NCBI GenBank assembly: GCA_050014155.1
Contig: JBEKDW010000001.1
Coordinates: 1-45,046, forward strand
Length of the DNA: 45,046 bases
Direction of reading: 5' to 3'
Source of the DNA: Anaerolineales bacterium
Lineage (GTDB): Bacteria; Chloroflexota; Anaerolineae; Anaerolineales; RBG-16-64-43
Below are positions 1 to 9,577 of the stretch, piece after piece. Position 1 is the first letter of the stretch, and the number at the start of each line of letters is the position of its first letter. The notes below the pieces were generated by a model. The model was not told where the DNA came from. It worked only from the letters and a program-made list of their open reading frames with translations, and did not search any database. The position numbers were made by a program, and so were the translations under genes.

Positions 1-1338
1 GTCTGGGCCTCGCCTGTCGCGAACGTCACCGTCCAGAACAATCAATCCACCGCGGATTTTCCAAACACCTTAACGTTTCAATTGAAGATCCATTCTTCCA
101 CAACCATCGAGCGAATCGTGCTGGAGTATGGGGCGAACAAGACCACCTGCGGTGACGTGGTGGGGAAGGCCTTTCCGGATTTTTCCCCCGGAGAGGACGT
201 GACGGCCGAATGGACCTGGGACATGCACCAATCCGGCTCCGAGCCGCCGGGCGCGACCATCTGGTGGCAGTGGCGCGTGACCGATTCGGACGGAAAAGAA
301 ACGCTGATCGACAAAAAAGAATCCCTCTGGCTGGATTCCCAGCATCCGTGGAAGAGCCTGACGGGCGGAGGGGTGACGCTCCACTGGTACCGCACCGACG
401 CGGCGTTTGGAAAGCAGATGCACGATACCGCCACCAAGGCGCTGACGCACATCCACGATCTGATCGACCTGCAGCCGCAGGGAACGATCGACATCTACCT
501 GTACAACACGTATGACGAATTGGGGGCGGCGGTTTTGTACGAGCCGGGCTGGACCGGCGGGCTTTCCTATGGGGGGTACAACATCATCAGTCTGGGAATT
601 CCCGCCGGGGAGGAGACGTGGGGGATGGGCGCGATCGCCCACGAACTGATGCACACAGTCGTGGACGATTCCACGTTTTCCTGCCTGGTGGAAATCCCCA
701 CCTGGCTCAACGAAGGACTGGCGATGGTCAGCCAGGGCGGACCGGGCGCGCCGGGATTATCCGACCTACAAGCCGCGATCCATCAGAATATAATCTTTCC
801 GCTCCAATCCTTGGGAGGAAATTTCCCGGAGGATGCGAACCAGGCGCAGCTGGCGTACGAGGAATCCTTCAGCGTGGTGGATTACCTCATCCGGACGGGG
901 GGAGCATCGAAGATGCGTTCGCTGCTCACCTTGCTCAGCGGCGGGATGCCGATCGACGACGCCCTGAACGGGATATATGGATTTGGCGTCAACGGTCTAG
1001 ATAGAGCCTGGAGACAATCCGTCGGAGCGCAGCCGCTTCCGGATTCGCAATTGCAGCCGACCGCCACGCCGACCGTCGTTCCGACGTTCGAGCCGCTCTC
1101 GGTCAACCCGGCCCCCACGCTCACCGCAAGCCCGACGGCAGGCGCTATCACCCCAACGGTAACGCCGACGCCCACGATTACTCCAATCACCGCGATAGTG
1201 GCTACCGAATCCTTCGGATTCGGTTCCATAGGATCGAATGAAATGATCCTGGTTATTTGCGCGTGGCTGCTGTGCATTCTGCTGATCGTGGCGGCAGGCG
1301 TGGTTTTGATTATCGTCGTAACCCGGAGGAAAAAATGA
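1..1338 (+). CDS. Zinc metallopeptidase, peptidase-MA-like, membrane anchored (5-prime partial, frame open to window edge)
   Basis: HELMH zinc motif with downstream WLNEGLA, the MA-clan pattern. Frame 1 has no stop from nt 1, and the listed start at 82 is a TTG inside an open frame. The C-terminus has a Pro/Thr-rich linker, then the hydrophobic anchor ILVICAWLLCILLIVAAGVVLIIVV followed by RRKK. Confidence 0.7.
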   Translation, partial: VWASPVANVTVQNNQSTADFPNTLTFQLKIHSSTTIERIVLEYGANKTTCGDVVGKAFPDFSPGEDVTAEWTWDMHQSGSEPPGATIWWQWRVTDSDGKETLIDKKESLWLDSQHPWKSLTGGGVTLHWYRTDAAFGKQMHDTATKALTHIHDLIDLQPQGTIDIYLYNTYDELGAAVLYEPGWTGGLSYGGYNIISLGIPAGEETWGMGAIAHELMHTVVDDSTFSCLVEIPTWLNEGLAMVSQGGPGAPGLSDLQAAIHQNIIFPLQSLGGNFPEDANQAQLAYEESFSVVDYLIRTGGASKMRSLLTLLSGGMPIDDALNGIYGFGVNGLDRAWRQSVGAQPLPDSQLQPTATPTVVPTFEPLSVNPAPTLTASPTAGAITPTVTPTPTITPITAIVATESFGFGSIGSNEMILVICAWLLCILLIVAAGVVLIIVVTRRKK

Positions 1339-2927
1339 GCCGACGCGGGCGAACGCTCTTCCTTATTGCGGCGGCGATCCTGGCGACCGCGTTTACGTGG
1401 AATCCCGCGCCCGCGCGCCAGAATTACCCGCGCGCCGAAACGCTGTATCTGACCGGCGGCGAAAGCAGCGACCCGCGGGATTACGATCCGGCCACAGCGC
1501 GCGGCTCAGGCGACAAGATGGTCTACAGCGGATTGTTTTCGTTCAATCCGCAAATGCAACTGGTGCCGGACCTCGTAGAGAGCTGGCAGGTGAAGGACGG
1601 CACAGTATTCACCTTCACGCTGCGGGCCAATGCCAAATTCCACGACGGGCGCGCGGTGACCGCGCAGGACGTGATTTATTCCTGGGAGCGGGCGGCCAAT
1701 CGGACGACGAAATCCGGCACGGTGCTTACCTACCTGGGCGACATCGTCGGCGTGAACGAGATGCACGGGGGGAAGGCCGATCACATTTCCGGCCTGCGCC
1801 CCATCGACGACCACACGCTGGAAGTGACGATCGACGCACCCAAGCCTTACTTCCTCGCCAAGCTCACCTATCCCACGGCGTTTATCGTCGATAAGGCGAA
1901 TGTGGAATCCGGCCCGAATTGGTACAAGCACCCGAACGGAACCGGGCCGTACAAGCTAACCAGCTGGACGAGCATGAAGGAGATGGTTTACACGCGCAAC
2001 GACGATTTCTACCTGGGGGCGCCCGCAATCCGCTACGTGGATGTGCAGCTCTACACCGGCATCCCGATCCGGCTCTACGAATCCGATTCCATCGACATTG
2101 CCGGAGTATCGACCGCCGACGCTGCGCGCGTCAGCGACCCGGCGAATGTTCTACACGCGGAACTATCGACAGGCGTCGATTTGTGCACCGGCTACATGGT
2201 CTTCGACAACACTCTGCCGCCGTTCGACGACCCGAAAGTGCGCCAGGCCTTCAGCGAGGCGTTCGACCGACAATTGTTCATCGATCTGGTGTACAGCGGG
2301 GGCGCGCTACCGGCCGCCGGGCTCTACCCGCCGGGCTTGCCGGGGAGGCGCGAAGGGCTGCAAGGGCTGCCCTTCGATCCGGAAGGCGCGAAGGCGCTGT
2401 TGGCCGAATCCAAATACGCCGGAGCGGACTTCCCCGAGGTGATCATCACGGATGCGGGCTACGGGAGCTACGTCAGCCCGGACCTCGCCGCGATGGCGGC
2501 AATGTGGAAGAAATATCTGGGGGTGACGGTCCGGGTAGAGAACCTGGAGCCGGAAAAGTTCTTGGACGAGGTCGGCGCGGGCCGCCGCGGGCAGATGTGG
2601 TCCGGCGGCTGGTGCGCCGATTACCCGGACCCGGAAAACTTCGCCGACATCCTCTTCCACACGGGATCGAATTTCAACGAAGGCGGGTATTCGAACCACG
2701 AGCTGGATTCGATCCTCGAGGCGGCCCGCACCGAGCCGGACGCGGTGAAGCGGATCGCGATGTACCAGCAGGCGGAGGATATCATCATCCGCGACGCGCC
2801 GGTCCTGTTCACCGCCAACACGCTTTCCTATACGCTGGTCAAACCGTATATTCAAGGCTACGTCAGCACGCCGATCGCCATCCCGATCGAGCGGTATCTT
2901 TCGATTGATGCGACGAAGCTGCCGTAG
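1335..2927 (+). CDS. ABC transporter substrate-binding protein, family 5 (peptide/nickel, DppA/OppA-like)
   Basis: Length and motifs fit SBP family 5 (YSWERA, GTGPYKL, WCADYPDPENF). The start at 1335 gives the signal-like N-terminus MSRRGRTLFLIAAAILATAF. ATGA overlaps the upstream stop (1336-1338). The 26 codons upstream in the listed ORF look non-coding. Confidence 0.8.
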   Translation: MSRRGRTLFLIAAAILATAFTWNPAPARQNYPRAETLYLTGGESSDPRDYDPATARGSGDKMVYSGLFSFNPQMQLVPDLVESWQVKDGTVFTFTLRANAKFHDGRAVTAQDVIYSWERAANRTTKSGTVLTYLGDIVGVNEMHGGKADHISGLRPIDDHTLEVTIDAPKPYFLAKLTYPTAFIVDKANVESGPNWYKHPNGTGPYKLTSWTSMKEMVYTRNDDFYLGAPAIRYVDVQLYTGIPIRLYESDSIDIAGVSTADAARVSDPANVLHAELSTGVDLCTGYMVFDNTLPPFDDPKVRQAFSEAFDRQLFIDLVYSGGALPAAGLYPPGLPGRREGLQGLPFDPEGAKALLAESKYAGADFPEVIITDAGYGSYVSPDLAAMAAMWKKYLGVTVRVENLEPEKFLDEVGAGRRGQMWSGGWCADYPDPENFADILFHTGSNFNEGGYSNHELDSILEAARTEPDAVKRIAMYQQAEDIIIRDAPVLFTANTLSYTLVKPYIQGYVSTPIAIPIERYLSIDATKLP

Positions 2928-3259
2928 GCGGCGGTGGCGGGCAAGCTAAATTATCCATAGGTAATAGAAAGTTTCCCTAATCGCTTGTACGTTGGGAGGC
3001 CCGATTACGACGCACGATACGCCGCCGGTGATATCGTAGCCATTTCCCATTCGCCATTCACGAATTAACTTCATCGAAGTGTCGCGAAAGCGGTTATGAA
3101 CGGTATCCAATGCGTGCAGACAACAAATGCGTTTCCGGTAAACGAACGCAAGCCCATCGATGAATTACGGCGGGCATAGAACCAAAGAACGGGGCACGAG
3201 CGCCATACCTTCTGGAGAAGAACGTCCGGGGGACATATAATGGTCGGGAAGGGAACAAT

Positions 3260-3907
3260 ATGCCGCAAATTCTACAAGCCACTGGCCTGAGCCATTCTTA
3301 CGGCGCATTTCAAGCATTGGCGCCGGCGGATCTGACGCTGACCGCTGGCGAAATCTCCGTGCTCGAAGGTCCCAACGGGTCCGGCAAGTCCACCCTGATG
3401 CTGTGCCTGGCCGGGTTGATGCGCCCGACGGAGGGAACCGTCCGGATAGAGGGTTACGACCTTTATGCGGACGAGCCGGAAGCCAAACGCCGCCTGGCTT
3501 TCATGCCGGACGTGCCCCGTTTCTACGCCGAGATGACCGCCTGGGAGCATCTGCGTTTCCTCGCCCTGGCCCACGACGCCGGTGAGGGATTCGAATCCCG
3601 GGCGGAACAGTTGCTTAAGGAGTTCGGGCTTTGGGAGGCGCGCAACTTGCTTCCCCACCTCTACTCGCGCGGGATGAGCCTCAAACTGGGATTGCTGTTT
3701 GCGCTCATCCGGCCGTTCAAAGTGCTGCTCCTGGATGAACCCACCTCGGCATTGGACGCCGCGACGAGCCGCATGTTCGTCGCCCGCCTCGCCGCGCTCA
3801 GAGGGCAGGGCGCCGCCATTCTGCTCTCCACCCACGACCCAGATTTAAAGAGCGGCCTGGCCGACCGGGTATTTTTCCTGGAACATGGCCGGCTGAGCGT
3901 TGCCTAG
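3260..3907 (+). CDS. ABC transporter ATP-binding protein
   Basis: Walker A GPNGSGKST, signature-like SRGMSLKLG, Walker B LLLDEPTSALD and H-loop STHD. Confidence 0.85.
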   Translation: MPQILQATGLSHSYGAFQALAPADLTLTAGEISVLEGPNGSGKSTLMLCLAGLMRPTEGTVRIEGYDLYADEPEAKRRLAFMPDVPRFYAEMTAWEHLRFLALAHDAGEGFESRAEQLLKEFGLWEARNLLPHLYSRGMSLKLGLLFALIRPFKVLLLDEPTSALDAATSRMFVARLAALRGQGAAILLSTHDPDLKSGLADRVFFLEHGRLSVA

Positions 3908-3908
3908 A

Positions 3909-5540
3909 ATGGATCCAGTCTGGACGCTTTTTTCCCGCCGCACCTTCGCACAGCTGGCGTATTGGCTGTCGGTTTTGGGATATAACCTACGCGACCGTAC
4001 ACGGACCAACCGCTTTTACTTCGTCTACTTCTGCATCTTTTGGTTGATCTGGATCACGGCGGTCTTCGCGCTGCTGGGCGCGAGCAGCGCCAATTTTGTC
4101 AGGTCTTTACAAGTAGCCTCTCCATCGGCGCTGGCGGTCCTGATCGGGGTATTTTCAATTGTGGTTTGGAGCTGGATCCAACTCTGGCAGGCGACGGGTC
4201 GCAGCCCGTTCGTCTTCAGCGAGGAGGATGCGTACTTACTCTGCCAGACGCCCGTCAGCCGCAGGAAAGTGGGGCTGGCCTGGTTCCTCCAAAGCTGGAT
4301 CGGGAACGCGCTTCCCTTCGCGGCCGGCGCGATCGTCATTTCTTTTACGCTGGTGGAACTGACGCTGCAACACGGGGTCGATTACGCTCATCTCATTTCG
4401 TATTTAAGCACCAGCCTGCGGGCGCTGGCGATCGTCCTGCCGCTGCAGATGGCATTCCAAGCTTTTTCCTGGGGGATTGGTGCTTTGCGTTTGCGCAGGA
4501 GTTGGCGAAGTGGTGCGTGGCTACTAGGTTGGTTGCGACCGGCCGTCTTCGTGCTGGGATTAATATTGCTTGTCGGTATTTTCCTTCCCGGGTTGCGAGC
4601 CGTGATCATGACCCTGCTGAGCTTTCCGCTCGAGGCTGCCTTCGCCGGGAGTATGACGCCAGTTGGCTGGTTAATCAGGGCTGCCTTGGACCTCGCGTAT
4701 CTTGGAGCGGGCTTGCTGTTCCTGATACTCTGTTCCGATAAAATCCACATGGGCCGCGCCGCGCAGGAGACTCAGCTGCATGCGGCCGTCCAACTTGCCC
4801 GCGGCTCATGGAATTTCAGTCTGGCAGATATATTGGAGCATCGCCAGCGTCTGGGGACAACGCACGCACCCAGCCGGTTGCCGGCGCGGCCCGGCGTGTG
4901 GATGCTGATCTGGAAGGATGCCATCCAATCGTTGCGGTCCCTGCGAGCCGGCCAGGCGCTGGGTTGGATCTTTGTGTTCGGCCTGGGCTTGGAGATATTC
5001 CTGCTTTCCAATTTTCCGGTGCAGATGGTGATGGGCGCACTGTGGACGATCGCATTGGGAGGGTTAACCACCGAGCGTCTGCGGACCGACCTGGCGCGCT
5101 GGTGGTTGCTGCGCTCGTTACCCTTGAGGGCGAACGATCTGTTGATCGCAGAGCTCGGATTATCCTGCGGGTTGGGGGTGCTGCTTGGCTGGCTGGCGCT
5201 GGCGGTAAGCGGCAAACCACCGCTGCTCGGCGCATTTGCGGCAGTACTGGTGCCGATCCTGGTTGCGATCTCCGCGCTGGCGGCGGCGCACGACATCCTG
5301 AGCCATTCGAAAACCCGAAACCTGATGTCTCCCAGCATCGCTGAAGAGAACGTCGCCAGGCAAAACATCGAAGGTGTTATCCGGGCGCTGCTCTCGGGGG
5401 CCGTTCCGATGGGAATGATGTGCTGGTCGCTTACTCATCCCGCGCAGATCGGTTGGGCACTGGCGGCTGTACCGTTGGCTTTGATGATCATGATATTCAA
5501 CCTGCGAACTGTCGGCTTGGCCTATCGTTGGATGGAATAG
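3909..5540 (+). CDS. Large polytopic membrane protein, putative ABC-exporter membrane partner (ABC_export-like)
   Basis: About 540 aa with more than 10 hydrophobic segments. The ATG lies 1 nt after the ATPase stop. Family assignment rests on size, context and general resemblance only. Confidence 0.5.
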   Translation: MDPVWTLFSRRTFAQLAYWLSVLGYNLRDRTRTNRFYFVYFCIFWLIWITAVFALLGASSANFVRSLQVASPSALAVLIGVFSIVVWSWIQLWQATGRSPFVFSEEDAYLLCQTPVSRRKVGLAWFLQSWIGNALPFAAGAIVISFTLVELTLQHGVDYAHLISYLSTSLRALAIVLPLQMAFQAFSWGIGALRLRRSWRSGAWLLGWLRPAVFVLGLILLVGIFLPGLRAVIMTLLSFPLEAAFAGSMTPVGWLIRAALDLAYLGAGLLFLILCSDKIHMGRAAQETQLHAAVQLARGSWNFSLADILEHRQRLGTTHAPSRLPARPGVWMLIWKDAIQSLRSLRAGQALGWIFVFGLGLEIFLLSNFPVQMVMGALWTIALGGLTTERLRTDLARWWLLRSLPLRANDLLIAELGLSCGLGVLLGWLALAVSGKPPLLGAFAAVLVPILVAISALAAAHDILSHSKTRNLMSPSIAEENVARQNIEGVIRALLSGAVPMGMMCWSLTHPAQIGWALAAVPLALMIMIFNLRTVGLAYRWME

Positions 5541-5588
5541 GACGGACCCACTGCAACCAACGCAATCGCATTCCGGAGAAGATTATCC

Positions 5589-6233
5589 TTGAAAGAGTAC
5601 CGTGAAGCAGGAGCAAGCTGCGGCTTACGGGGAATAGTAAACAACCGCGTGTGGCTGGTACAGTCGGTGATTGTGGTAAAGGACGGACCGGGCGAATCGG
5701 TGCTTTTGTTGCTTCCCAGCGCCCAATGTGTTTTTCCCGAAGGGTATTGGCGCCGAAGGAAAAACAATGATTATTCCAAAGGAACCCGGTGGCAGGAAGC
5801 CAAACGCGATCCCATTGTTCTCCGGGAATTTGCCTGGCAGGAGAAAAGATTCCTGATATTCCTCGAACCGGAAAAATATTATTCCTGTTTCATGGTCTGG
5901 GATCATGCATCGGATCAATTCAGTTGTTACTATATCAACTTTCAACTTCCCTACCGCCGGAGCCATTGTGGTTTCGATACGTTGGACTTGGACCTCGATA
6001 TTGTCATCGATCCTCAATTCCATTGGGAGTGGAAGGACGAGGATGAATACCAGGAAGGAATCCGGGAGGGCGGCATTCAAGAAGCGTGGGTGAAAGGTAT
6101 CGAGAAAGATCAAACGGAAGTCTTCGACAGATTAAACAAGCGAAGCTACCCGTTGGATGGCTCATGGTTACTATGGCGGCCGGATCCAACCTGGGCTGCA
6201 CCCAAATTGCCGAAGGGGTGGGAGGCTGTTTGA
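5589..6233 (+). CDS. DUF402 domain protein (FomD/Ntdp-like nucleoside di/triphosphatase family)
   Basis: Core segment YYINFQLP...GFDTLDLDLDIVIDPQFHWEWKDEDEY resembles the DUF402 signature. The exact start is uncertain. Confidence 0.5.
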   Translation: MKEYREAGASCGLRGIVNNRVWLVQSVIVVKDGPGESVLLLLPSAQCVFPEGYWRRRKNNDYSKGTRWQEAKRDPIVLREFAWQEKRFLIFLEPEKYYSCFMVWDHASDQFSCYYINFQLPYRRSHCGFDTLDLDLDIVIDPQFHWEWKDEDEYQEGIREGGIQEAWVKGIEKDQTEVFDRLNKRSYPLDGSWLLWRPDPTWAAPKLPKGWEAV

Positions 6234-6407
6234 AAATACGACCCAGCCAAATTTAGCGGCCGACAATTGTATTGCAAACACTTTAAAGTGGTAAGTTATG
6301 ATCCGGCAGGAAAGATCAGGTACGCGGATTTGCTGAAAAAACTGGATTTCACGGAAATGAAAATTATTTACTCTTTATTTTGCAAGTTGCGGAAAAAGTC
6401 AGACTTT

Positions 6408-6463
6408 GTCATTGCGAGCCCGCCCCGGCTTCGCCGCGCGGACCGGGGGAGCGAAGCAATGAC
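6408..6463. repeat. 56-bp intergenic hairpin element with GTCATTGC...GCAATGAC termini
   Basis: The outer 8-bp inverted repeat GTCATTGC/GCAATGAC encloses an inner CCCCGG/CCGGGG stem. It is a short relative of the GTCATTCCGAG elements elsewhere in the window. Confidence 0.6.
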
Positions 6464-6506
6464 ATCATCATCCTTGTAATCGGGATGACACACTTTGGAG
6501 GGAATT

Positions 6507-7217
6507 ATGCGCACTGCAATTGTCACCGGAGCGAACCGCGGCGTCGGCCGCGGGGTGGCCAAACGGCTTGCTCAACTGGGATATAGAACCATTCTCACCA
6601 GCCGCGATGAAGCCAATGGAAGGCGGACCGTCGATGAAATAATAAAAGAGATCGGCGCCAAGATGACCGGTGATCTCGCAGTTCACCAACTCGACGTGAC
6701 GGATCCCGATAGTATCCAGAGGCTATACGATTTTGTGATGTCTGATTATGGAGCCGCGGATGTATTGGTGAACAATGCCGCGATACTGATCGACCGAAAC
6801 GGTCGGGTTTTACAGACATCGATAGAAACGTACCGCACGACGATGGAAACCAATGTCTTTGGCGCGTTATTGTTGTGCCAGACGTTTATACCCATGATGG
6901 TAAAACGCAACTACGGGCGCGTGGTCAACGTATCATCGGACGCCGGTCAGATCGAAAGCATGGTCGATGATATGACGGCGTATCGATTGTCCAAAATCGC
7001 GTTGAACGGCCTGACGCTGATGTTGGCGGACAGCGTCAAAGGCACGAACGTGCTGATAAATGCTTCGCATCCGGGTTGGGTGCAGACCGAGATGGGAGGT
7101 CCAGGCGCGACTCGTTCCATCGAGGAAGGCGCGGAAGGAATTGTGTGGCTGGCCACATTGCCCGAGGGCGGGCCTCACGGCGGTTTATTCCACGACCATA
7201 AACGGATGTCCTGGTGA
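6507..7217 (+). CDS. Short-chain dehydrogenase/reductase (classical SDR, carbonyl-reductase-like)
   Basis: TGANRGVGRG cofactor motif, NNAA, catalytic S...YRLSK, and HPGWVQT. The ATG at 6507 follows a GGAGGG RBS. Confidence 0.85.
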   Translation: MRTAIVTGANRGVGRGVAKRLAQLGYRTILTSRDEANGRRTVDEIIKEIGAKMTGDLAVHQLDVTDPDSIQRLYDFVMSDYGAADVLVNNAAILIDRNGRVLQTSIETYRTTMETNVFGALLLCQTFIPMMVKRNYGRVVNVSSDAGQIESMVDDMTAYRLSKIALNGLTLMLADSVKGTNVLINASHPGWVQTEMGGPGATRSIEEGAEGIVWLATLPEGGPHGGLFHDHKRMSW

Positions 7218-7329
7218 TGGAGACCTAAATCTACTGGTATGGGTGCTCGAAAGCAAAAATAAATTATTGGTGACGATGATTCCAAGGTTTACCGTCAAAC
7301 AGTCGGTTGAAAAAAGATGATGATGTCAT

Positions 7330-8376
7330 TTACGACGCCAATTGCGCCACCAGCGATTCCATCGCGGTGTCCAATTCCACTCGGCCGCTTTTTACTTCGT
7401 CGTCGATATCCCGCAACCGGCGGTAGATATTTTCAAGCGCGGGCAGGGTGAAATTGCGCGCCTGCGAGGCGAGTTTCTGGGCGACGAACGGATGCACTTC
7501 CAGTGCCTGCGCGAGATTCGCAGCCGGGGTACCCGCGTCCAGCGCCTCGCGCGCCAGGAGCAGCAGCCGGAACTGGCGCACGACCATACCGAACACGGCC
7601 GGGACGTTCCCCTGCTCGACTGTTTTCCGCAGTAGCCGCAGCGCGCGGGAACCGTTGCGGCTGCCGATCGAATCCACCATCTCGAAAATTCCGGTCAGCG
7701 CGCTTTCCGGCGTCAGGTCGATGACGTCCTGCGGCGTGACCGCGCGCGCGAAGTTGGCGTAGGTGAGCAGTTTGACTATCTCCTGGGAGAGCGTGCGCGG
7801 GTCGTCGCCGGCCACGGACGCCAGCAGCTGCGCGGCCGGAAGCGTGAACTGGCCGCCTTGCGCCTGAGCGCGCTGGAGGATCCAATTCGGCAGCGCGGAC
7901 CCACGGGGAGGAAGGAACTCGCGGACGTACGCCGTGCCTCCGGCGCCCGCGGCCCACTTCAGCACCGGGTTGCTTGCGGAAAGCTGGCGTTTTTCCACCA
8001 GCACCAGCGCTGTGGATGAGGGCACCTCCGGAAGAAACGCGAGGAACTCCTTTAGGATCTCTTTCCCTGCGGAGGAAGATTCCGCTTCCTCATCCGGCTT
8101 GTCCGACGCCTCGGCCTGTGATTTTCCCCGGCGGGAGGACAGCGCCGAAAGAAATCCTTCCAGGATGACCAACCGTCGTTTGGCCAGGAAAGGCGCCGTT
8201 AAGCAGGCCGCGCGGAGATCCCCGAGCGACAGACCCTTGGCGTCGACCCTGGTCGTGTTCATCTCGGCCGTGACGGGATCGCCGAGCTTGGCGCGCAATT
8301 GCTGAAGGAATTCGTCGATGGCCTGGTCGTCATCCCCGTGCAGGATGTAGATCGTCGGGGGCGTCTTGGGGGGCAT
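7330..8376 (-). CDS. holA: DNA polymerase III subunit delta
   Basis: The N-terminus IYILHGDDDQAIDEF, the overall length, and the C-terminal segment GRVELDTAMESLV are typical of HolA. Confidence 0.75.
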   Translation of the reverse strand: MPPKTPPTIYILHGDDDQAIDEFLQQLRAKLGDPVTAEMNTTRVDAKGLSLGDLRAACLTAPFLAKRRLVILEGFLSALSSRRGKSQAEASDKPDEEAESSSAGKEILKEFLAFLPEVPSSTALVLVEKRQLSASNPVLKWAAGAGGTAYVREFLPPRGSALPNWILQRAQAQGGQFTLPAAQLLASVAGDDPRTLSQEIVKLLTYANFARAVTPQDVIDLTPESALTGIFEMVDSIGSRNGSRALRLLRKTVEQGNVPAVFGMVVRQFRLLLLAREALDAGTPAANLAQALEVHPFVAQKLASQARNFTLPALENIYRRLRDIDDEVKSGRVELDTAMESLVAQLAS

Positions 8377-8384
8377 AACAGAGG

Positions 8385-8390
8385 ATTATA
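8385..8390 (-). promoter_or_regulatory. TATAAT -10 box 8 nt upstream of the holA ATG (leaderless candidate)
   Basis: The minus strand reads TTTTATAATCCTCTGTTATG. A perfect TATAAT is uncommon in GC-rich DNA such as this. Confidence 0.4.
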
Positions 8391-8426
8391 AAAGAGAACC
8401 GGGGCGGAAGGAAATCTCCGCCCCGG
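8386..8426 (-). terminator. Rho-independent terminator candidate downstream of the zinc-ribbon membrane protein gene
   Basis: 10-bp GC-rich stem CCGGGGCGGA/TCCGCCCCGG (8399-8408 / 8417-8426) with an 8-nt loop. On the minus strand it is followed by TTCTCTTTTA. Confidence 0.5.
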
Positions 8427-8449
8427 GCAAAAAACCTGTTGCAGGAAGA

Positions 8450-9076
8450 CTATTTTTTTCCGATGATGGAAAGAAACGTGTCGTACGCCTCGCCGGAGGG
8501 CATGCCAGTTTTCGGCCAGTAATTCTTCCGGTAGGCTTTATAAAATTCCGGAAAACCGGTCCGGGAGTGAACGATATCGCGGATCTGGATCTTGGCCCAC
8601 TCGTCCGCCTTGAGAATTCCAACAACGGCCAAGACGACAACAAAGGCAATGCCCAGCCAGAAGAGAACCCACGACAAGGCGCTGGGCCGTTGAACCACGG
8701 TATCGAGAACGACCTCTTCCCAGGAAAACCGGCTGGCGACGATGCCGACGACCCCGAGGATCACACCGGTTAGAAAATACGGGAGGAGGAACACCCGCAG
8801 CGATCCCTGCCAAATATCCAGCGCCGTCTGATAATAATCCGCGTAAATCTGGTCCGGGCTTTGGGCGGCCGGAGCGGAGGAAGGGGAAGCACGCACTTCC
8901 TTCGCGGCAGGTTTCCTGCGGCCGGTGGCTTTGGTTTCCTTTTTCGCAGGCGCCACGACCGCCTTGACGACGGGCGCCGCATCTTCCGGCGGAATCACGG
9001 CATAACAGCTGGGGCACGTGCCGTCCGCTTTGGGAAGGACGCGCATTTGGCAATTCGGGCATGTGGTAATACGCAT
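8450..9076 (-). CDS. Membrane protein with N-terminal zinc-ribbon
   Basis: CPNC-x13-CPSC at the N-terminus, then an Ala/Pro/Lys-rich linker and two or three hydrophobic segments. No family recognised. Confidence 0.55.
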   Translation of the reverse strand: MRITTCPNCQMRVLPKADGTCPSCYAVIPPEDAAPVVKAVVAPAKKETKATGRRKPAAKEVRASPSSAPAAQSPDQIYADYYQTALDIWQGSLRVFLLPYFLTGVILGVVGIVASRFSWEEVVLDTVVQRPSALSWVLFWLGIAFVVVLAVVGILKADEWAKIQIRDIVHSRTGFPEFYKAYRKNYWPKTGMPSGEAYDTFLSIIGKK

Positions 9077-9137
9077 GGATTACACCGTCTTTAGGTGCAT
9101 GGGGACATCGGGAAGCGATGTACCTGCCGCCGGAAGA

Positions 9138-9437
9138 TTAAAGAATTTCTTTAAGGGCTTTAACGGGAGCGGCCTTGACCACACGGCGCTCGGGTTTGGC
9201 CGGCACCATCTGCATCTGCTTGGTGAAGGGATTCATCCGCTCGCGTTCGGGAGTGGCTTTCCGGATTGCAACACGGACCTTGATCAGGCCGGGGATCGTA
9301 ACTTCGCCGTGGGCTTTTAATTCTTCGCCAACGATTTTCCCCACCGCCTCAAGGTATGCAGCCGCTTCCTTCTTGCTAATATTTGTTCCCTCGGCAAGTT
9401 TGCTTATGAACTCCGCCTTGCTCAGTCCTTTTGCCAT
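9138..9437 (-). CDS. hup: HU/IHF-family nucleoid-associated DNA-binding protein
   Basis: SKAEFISKLAE...SKKEAAAYLEAV...G-x-V-x-IPGLIKVRV...R-NP matches the HU fold. It is 99 aa with a short basic C-terminal extension. Confidence 0.85.
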   Translation of the reverse strand: MAKGLSKAEFISKLAEGTNISKKEAAAYLEAVGKIVGEELKAHGEVTIPGLIKVRVAIRKATPERERMNPFTKQMQMVPAKPERRVVKAAPVKALKEIL

Positions 9438-9561
9438 TTCCGGAACTCCTTTCTGAGATGCTAATGGTAGGTTCCCCAGGAGGGTTAACCGTGCTACGGG
9501 TCAAATGTACGCGATTTTTGCGATTCCCGCAAGTGGGAATAATGCCACGGGGAGGGGCCGA

Positions 9562-9570
9562 TGGTAGAAT
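9562..9570 (+). promoter_or_regulatory. Extended -10 (TGgTAGAAT) 7 nt upstream of the holB ATG (leaderless candidate)
   Basis: The sequence is GATGGTAGAATCGCCGGCATG. There is no purine-rich RBS between the box and the ATG. Confidence 0.4.
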
Positions 9571-9577
9571 CGCCGGC

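Noticed and set aside
70-654. 194-aa minus-strand ORF and other overlapping ORFs in the first 1.3 kb
   Set aside because: They are antisense to or out of frame with the HELMH peptidase gene. None has recognisable motifs.
2928-3259. Possible riboswitch or ncRNA in the 330-bp gap upstream of the ABC ATPase
   Set aside because: I could not recognise any known riboswitch consensus or a convincing conserved stem architecture by eye. It needs an Rfam scan.
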